DNA of 64,000 nucleotides from NCBI RefSeq assembly GCF_054482525.1, contig NZ_CM137006.1; one strand, 5' to 3'. Shown piece by piece: positions 59,187 to 64,000 of this stretch (position 1 is its first letter; each line of letters starts with the position of its first letter). The notes under the pieces were generated by a model. It saw only the letters and a program-made list of their open reading frames with translations, ran no database searches and was not told where the DNA came from. The position numbers and the translations under genes were made by a program.

Positions 59187-61064
59187 TTACGGTTCAGGGA
59201 TACAAGCCACATCGCCATATTGGGGATGCCGAATAATTGCCTGCGGATCAAGCGAGCGCGTCCTGTCCATTTGGATTAACCCGTTCTTCGCCATAACAAA
59301 TATCTTTCTACTATCCGCTGAAAAACGAAGATGATTAACGTAGCTGGCAGGATAAACGCCAACAATCTGCCCGGCATTAATATTGAGCAGGATGACATAA
59401 CCTTGCAGGCCATATGACACCAACGCTAAATACTGACCGTCCGGGCTAATACCCTCAACGGAATAAACGCTCCTGCTACACCATTGCGTCATAATGCTGG
59501 CTTGTTGATCCTCAGCTCTTATACGTGAAATCCCCTGGCTATCGGCAAAAATTACATCCCCGTTTTCAGGTCGAAAACGCATCGCCGATATCGTTCCACG
59601 CGCATCACTAGCCGGATAGCTTTCTTTCTGATGCGTGATGGTATTGATCCGTACAATGTCACCTCTGACCATACCGGGTATCAACAATGTTTTTTCATCC
59701 GGGGAAAGTGCCATAACCCAGGCACCTGGTTTACCGCTCGTCCCCGTCCCGTCGTATTTCTCCATCGGGATATCCGCCACATGCTGATAAGTCACCAGAT
59801 CAATGGCTGACACACTATTACTGGTGCGATTAATCACCCAGGCTTTTGTGCCATCGCGCGAGAGGATAAGGCTGTCAGGATGTGCGCCGGTGGTAATCGA
59901 CTGAATAATCTCCCCCGTCGCCACGTTAATGACCGATAACGCATTCGCTTCAAATGACGTCGCATAAAGTAACGTTTCATCCGGGCTTAACGCCAGCGCT
60001 CTGACACCCTGATCTTTACAGCCACCACAATGTTTGAGTGACTTTTCTTTCGCTATAGGCGCTGTAAAGGTATGCAGGATTTTCTTTTGTCCGAGGTCGA
60101 AAACAACAATGCTGTTGGTGTTTTCAATTGCGGCATACAACGTATTACCATCCCGACTGATCGCCATATCATGGATATCGGCAATCTCAGCGAGTAAATC
60201 ACCACTGGCCTGCTCACGACTTACCGGAGCGGATAATGTTTCCCTGAGGGCGTTGCGCTCCTCCACTAACTGCTGCTTTTTTTGTCGTCGCTCTTGTTCA
60301 ATCTCCTGCGGATAAAACTCTTCACGCAGGCTTTGCCTGACCTGTAAAACTGATTCATCAATCTGCTGCTGCACAAGCCAGATAGCCCCGGTCGGAAGAA
60401 GAGTGACCGCAACAATAATCCCGCCTTCCGTAACGAATCGGTTCTGCCCAACTAAACGCGCGCTCAGCCAACCCAACGCGCCACCCGCAATCAGGCCGCC
60501 AATGTGGCAAGCGTTATCTATTCCTGTTTGCCGGGCACCGTACAACAGTGTCAGCGCCACCATACCCAACAGAGGAAATACTCGCCGCTGGTTTTTATGG
60601 TGTGTGCCCGCACCTGAAGCAAGCTGTGTTGCTATCGCAGCGCCAGCTATTCCCATAATCGCCCCGGATGCCCCAACGCTGATGACTATCTGCTCACTTT
60701 CGCGTAACGCATAACAGGCACTGATTAGCCCACCAAAGACGCCAGAGAATAGCCAGACAATCAGGAGTCGCCATTTCCCCAGTATCCGTTCCGCCACTGC
60801 CCCCACCACCAGGAGTGCAAACATATTGATCAGCAAATGGGGAAAACTACTGTGCAGAAAGACACTGCTCAATAAGCGCCAGGATTCACCCGACAACGTG
60901 AGAGAAGCAACGTTAGCACCAAGATGGATGAGTGCGGATTGATCGACTTCTTCATAACTCATCCATTGTGCGAGATAACAAAATATCCCAACACAAAGCG
61001 CAAAAAGGATAAGAGTTATTGCGGGTAATTGAACATTTAACGGCTTAACCGAAGATGCAGACAT
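59187..61064 (-). CDS. Rhomboid-family intramembrane serine protease fused to a C-terminal 7-bladed YVTN-type beta-propeller domain
   Basis: 625-aa ORF. Rhomboid signatures: WR loop motif (ESWRLL), TM2 FLHSSFPHLLINMF, catalytic GASGAIMG (Ser ~133) and HIGGLIAG (His ~187); seven hydrophobic helices, then a coiled-coil-like charged linker (QEIEQERRQKKQQLVEERNALRE) and about seven repeats of the type LSPDxxxLYxxxxxxNxxSVIDxxT. Confidence 0.75.
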   Translation of the reverse strand: MSASSVKPLNVQLPAITLILFALCVGIFCYLAQWMSYEEVDQSALIHLGANVASLTLSGESWRLLSSVFLHSSFPHLLINMFALLVVGAVAERILGKWRLLIVWLFSGVFGGLISACYALRESEQIVISVGASGAIMGIAGAAIATQLASGAGTHHKNQRRVFPLLGMVALTLLYGARQTGIDNACHIGGLIAGGALGWLSARLVGQNRFVTEGGIIVAVTLLPTGAIWLVQQQIDESVLQVRQSLREEFYPQEIEQERRQKKQQLVEERNALRETLSAPVSREQASGDLLAEIADIHDMAISRDGNTLYAAIENTNSIVVFDLGQKKILHTFTAPIAKEKSLKHCGGCKDQGVRALALSPDETLLYATSFEANALSVINVATGEIIQSITTGAHPDSLILSRDGTKAWVINRTSNSVSAIDLVTYQHVADIPMEKYDGTGTSGKPGAWVMALSPDEKTLLIPGMVRGDIVRINTITHQKESYPASDARGTISAMRFRPENGDVIFADSQGISRIRAEDQQASIMTQWCSRSVYSVEGISPDGQYLALVSYGLQGYVILLNINAGQIVGVYPASYVNHLRFSADSRKIFVMAKNGLIQMDRTRSLDPQAIIRHPQYGDVACIPEP

Positions 61065-61454
61065 GAGGTAATTCTTCCTTGAAAAGACAGGTAAAAAGCA
61101 TTTTTCTCGTGTGCAGTTACCATCCCGGCAAACGTCCCATACCGAAAAGTTAACCCTGTCCGAAATATGACTTTTTCAGCCTGAAATTACAATCGTAATT
61201 AATTCCCCCCTAACTATTTTTTGGCATGTAAGTTGCTTTATTTACTGTGTAAGCAATGAAATCAGCCGCGACGCAACCGGGTTGCACCACCACAAATCAG
61301 CGGTAGCACCAAAAAGGTGCGATTTAAGAATTTTGCTTCGGAATGGTGCGGCGCATCTCGCAAAAACAAACAATAAAACAGCAATATCTTTACATTTAGC
61401 CAAACTAAATGTTACCTAACAAGCACAACACTGCACAATAAAGTTGCAGATGAT

Positions 61455-61480
61455 AACAACACAAACACTCACAACGGGTA
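61455..61480 (+). promoter_or_regulatory. C/A-rich element in the gltI 5' leader (probable GcvB sRNA target)
   Basis: acaacacaaacactcacaac about 40-65 nt upstream of the gltI ATG; GcvB is known to target C/A-rich leaders including gltI. Confidence 0.5.
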
Positions 61481-61518
61481 TCCATGCGTTCTTAACGCAG
61501 AAGATAAAGGAGTTGGAT

Positions 61519-62427
61519 ATGCAATTACGTAAACCTGCCACAGCAATCCTGGCCCTGGCGCTTTCCGCAGGACTGGCACAGGCAGATGACGCCGCCCCGG
61601 CAGCGGGCAGTACGCTGGACAAAATCGCCAAAAACGGTGTGATTGTCGTCGGTCACCGTGAATCTTCAGTACCTTTCTCTTATTACGACAATCAGCAAAA
61701 AGTGGTGGGTTACTCGCAGGATTACTCCAACGCCATTGTTGAAGCAGTGAAAAAGAAACTCAACAAACCGGACTTGCAGGTGAAACTGATTCCGATCACC
61801 TCACAAAACCGTATTCCTCTGCTGCAAAACGGCACTTTCGATTTTGAATGTGGTTCTACCACCAATAACGTCGAACGCCAGAAACAGGCGGCTTTCTCTG
61901 ACACTATTTTCGTGGTCGGTACGCGCCTGCTGACCAAAAAGGGCGGCGATATCAAAGATTTTGCCGACCTGAAAGGCAAAGCCGTAGTCGTCACTTCCGG
62001 CACTACCTCTGAAGTTTTGCTCAACAAATTGAATGAAGAGCAAAAAATGAATATGCGCATCATCAGCGCCAAAGATCACGGTGACTCTTTCCGCACCCTG
62101 GAAAGCGGTCGTGCTGTTGCCTTTATGATGGATGACGCTCTGCTGGCAGGTGAACGTGCGAAAGCGAAGAAACCGGACAACTGGGAAATCGTCGGCAAGC
62201 CGCAGTCTCAGGAAGCCTACGGTTGTATGTTGCGTAAAGATGATCCGCAGTTCAAAAAGCTGATGGATGACACCATCGCGCAGGTGCAGACCTCCGGTGA
62301 AGCGGAAAAATGGTTTGATAAGTGGTTCAAAAATCCCATTCCGCCGAAAAACCTGAACATGAATTTCGAGCTGTCAGACGAAATGAAAGCACTGTTCAAA
62401 GAACCGAATGATAAGGCACTGAACTAA
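61519..62427 (+). CDS. gltI: Glutamate/aspartate ABC transporter periplasmic binding protein
   Basis: 302 aa from MQLRKPATAILALALSAGLAQA (signal peptide); the ORF track extends upstream in frame. Confidence 0.95.
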   Translation: MQLRKPATAILALALSAGLAQADDAAPAAGSTLDKIAKNGVIVVGHRESSVPFSYYDNQQKVVGYSQDYSNAIVEAVKKKLNKPDLQVKLIPITSQNRIPLLQNGTFDFECGSTTNNVERQKQAAFSDTIFVVGTRLLTKKGGDIKDFADLKGKAVVVTSGTTSEVLLNKLNEEQKMNMRIISAKDHGDSFRTLESGRAVAFMMDDALLAGERAKAKKPDNWEIVGKPQSQEAYGCMLRKDDPQFKKLMDDTIAQVQTSGEAEKWFDKWFKNPIPPKNLNMNFELSDEMKALFKEPNDKALN

Positions 62428-62429
62428 TT

Positions 62430-62584
62430 ACAAGAACCAGGGGCGGAAATTCCAGCCCTCTCGATTGTTACGTAGCACGGACAGACTATACGCCTGATGG
62501 TCGTTCCCCATCGGGCCTGAAAACCGCAATACGCTGGGTAACAATCTTCGAGGGTAGCAGTTAACGCTGCTACCCTCTTTTTTC
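62430..62584 (+). ncRNA. sroC: SroC sRNA (gltI 3'UTR / gltI-gltJ spacer-derived)
   Basis: ~160-nt structured spacer ending in a strong intrinsic terminator (gagggtagcagttaacgctgctaccctctttttt); position matches SroC; 5' end approximate. Confidence 0.6.
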
Positions 62585-62596
62585 TGGAGTAGATTT

Positions 62597-63337
62597 ATGT
62601 CTATAGACTGGAACTGGGGTATTTTTTTACAACAAGCCCCGTTCGGCAACACCACCTATCTTGGTTGGATCTGGAGTGGCTTTCAGGTGACGATCGCTTT
62701 GTCGATCTGCGCCTGGATTATCGCTTTCCTCGTCGGTTCATTTTTCGGCATTTTACGTACCGTTCCAAACCGTTTTCTCTCCGGTCTGGGTACGTTGTAT
62801 GTCGAACTGTTCCGCAACGTGCCGTTGATTGTGCAATTCTTTACCTGGTATCTGGTGATCCCGGAGCTGTTGCCGGAGAAAATCGGCATGTGGTTTAAGG
62901 CCGAGCTGGATCCCAATATTCAGTTTTTCCTTTCATCCATGCTCTGCCTGGGGCTGTTTACCGCCGCCCGTGTTTGCGAACAGGTACGCGCCGCGATTCA
63001 GTCGTTGCCGCGTGGGCAAAAGAACGCCGCGCTGGCAATGGGTCTGACGCTACCGCAGGCTTACCGCTATGTACTGTTGCCTAATGCTTATCGCGTTATC
63101 GTCCCGCCGATGACTTCCGAGATGATGAACCTGGTGAAAAACTCCGCCATCGCCTCGACTATCGGTCTGGTGGATATGGCAGCGCAGGCCGGTAAATTGC
63201 TTGATTACTCAGCCCACGCCTGGGAGTCGTTTACCGCCATTACGCTTGCGTATGTGTTGATTAACGCTTTTATCATGCTGGTGATGACGCTGGTTGAACG
63301 TAAAGTTCGCCTGCCCGGCAACATGGGGGGCAAATAA
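62597..63337 (+). CDS. gltJ: Glutamate/aspartate ABC transporter permease
   Basis: 246-aa polytopic ORF. Confidence 0.9.
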   Translation: MSIDWNWGIFLQQAPFGNTTYLGWIWSGFQVTIALSICAWIIAFLVGSFFGILRTVPNRFLSGLGTLYVELFRNVPLIVQFFTWYLVIPELLPEKIGMWFKAELDPNIQFFLSSMLCLGLFTAARVCEQVRAAIQSLPRGQKNAALAMGLTLPQAYRYVLLPNAYRVIVPPMTSEMMNLVKNSAIASTIGLVDMAAQAGKLLDYSAHAWESFTAITLAYVLINAFIMLVMTLVERKVRLPGNMGGK

Positions 63338-64000
63338 TGTACGAGTTTGACTGGAGTTCTATTGTCCCTTCCCTGCCCTATCTGCTGGATGGACTGGTGA
63401 TCACCCTGAAAATCACCGTCACGGCAGTGGTGATTGGTATTTTGTGGGGCACCATGCTGGCGGTGATGCGCTTGTCCAGCTTTGCGCCTGTTGCGTGGTT
63501 TGCCAAAGCCTACGTTAACGTATTCCGCTCGATTCCTTTAGTCATGGTTTTGCTGTGGTTTTACCTGATTGTGCCGGGTTTTCTGCAAAACGTGCTGGGA
63601 TTATCGCCAAAAAATGATATCCGTTTAATTTCGGCAATGGTGGCGTTTTCGATGTTTGAAGCGGCCTACTATTCAGAGATTATCCGTGCCGGTATTCAAA
63701 GTATTTCCCGTGGTCAGTCGAGCGCCGCGCTGGCGTTGGGGATGACTCACTGGCAGTCGATGAAACTGATTATTCTGCCGCAGGCTTTCCGCGCGATGGT
63801 GCCGCTGCTGCTCACTCAGGGCATCGTACTGTTCCAGGATACCTCACTGGTGTATGTGTTATCTCTGGCCGATTTCTTCCGTACCGCTTCAACCATTGGT
63901 GAGCGTGATGGTACGCAGGTCGAGATGATCCTGTTTGCCGGATTTATTTATTTCGTTATTAGCCTTAGCGCATCGTTGTTGGTCAGCTACTTGAAAAGAA
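63337..64000 (+). CDS. gltK: Glutamate/aspartate ABC transporter permease (truncated by the window end)
   Basis: Translation from the ATG at 63337, overlapping the gltJ stop, gives [34 protein letters not shown]...; open to the window edge. Confidence 0.85.
   Translation, partial: MYEFDWSSIVPSLPYLLDGLVITLKITVTAVVIGILWGTMLAVMRLSSFAPVAWFAKAYVNVFRSIPLVMVLLWFYLIVPGFLQNVLGLSPKNDIRLISAMVAFSMFEAAYYSEIIRAGIQSISRGQSSAALALGMTHWQSMKLIILPQAFRAMVPLLLTQGIVLFQDTSLVYVLSLADFFRTASTIGERDGTQVEMILFAGFIYFVISLSASLLVSYLKR

Noticed and set aside
59187-61064. Considered whether the rhomboid-propeller ORF is two genes fused by a frameshift
   Set aside because: The frame is continuous, with a plausible charged linker between the seventh helix and the first propeller blade, and no internal start or ribosome-binding context at the junction; a single protein is the simpler reading, although read-level verification would be needed to be certain.

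Overview
This window reads as an Escherichia coli-type chromosomal segment, in reverse-complement orientation relative to the K-12 map as I remember it. Gene order is sucA' - sdhCDAB - gltA - ybgDQPO fimbrial operon - abrB - nei - pxpABC - ybgI - dtpD - phr/ybgA - Rhs element - ybfA - kdpFABCDE - pgm/seqA - ybfF - ybfE - fldA - uof/fur - chiQ/chiP - glnS - nagE - nagBACD - asnB - seven-tRNA operon (Met-Leu-Gln-Gln-Met-Gln-Gln) - ubiF - miaB/ybeZ/ybeY/corC/lnt - a rhomboid/beta-propeller gene - gltIJK'. Most of it is ordinary core genome with intact reading frames of the expected length. The most interesting feature is a 625-aa ORF between lnt and gltI that fuses a rhomboid intramembrane serine-protease core to a C-terminal 7-bladed YVTN-type beta-propeller; I do not recognise it as a characterised E. 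coli gene. Two reading frames are disrupted: the Rhs protein carries a single in-frame TAG just before its DPxGL motif and toxin tip, and chiP has an apparent 1-bp deletion. Relative to K-12 (from memory, not a database search), the speF-potE block between kdpE and pgm and the orphan-rhs/H-repeat block next to ybgA appear to be absent. No CRISPR array, IS element or prophage was seen. All coordinates come from the supplied ORF track plus manual reading; product calls rest on my recollection of E. coli proteins.
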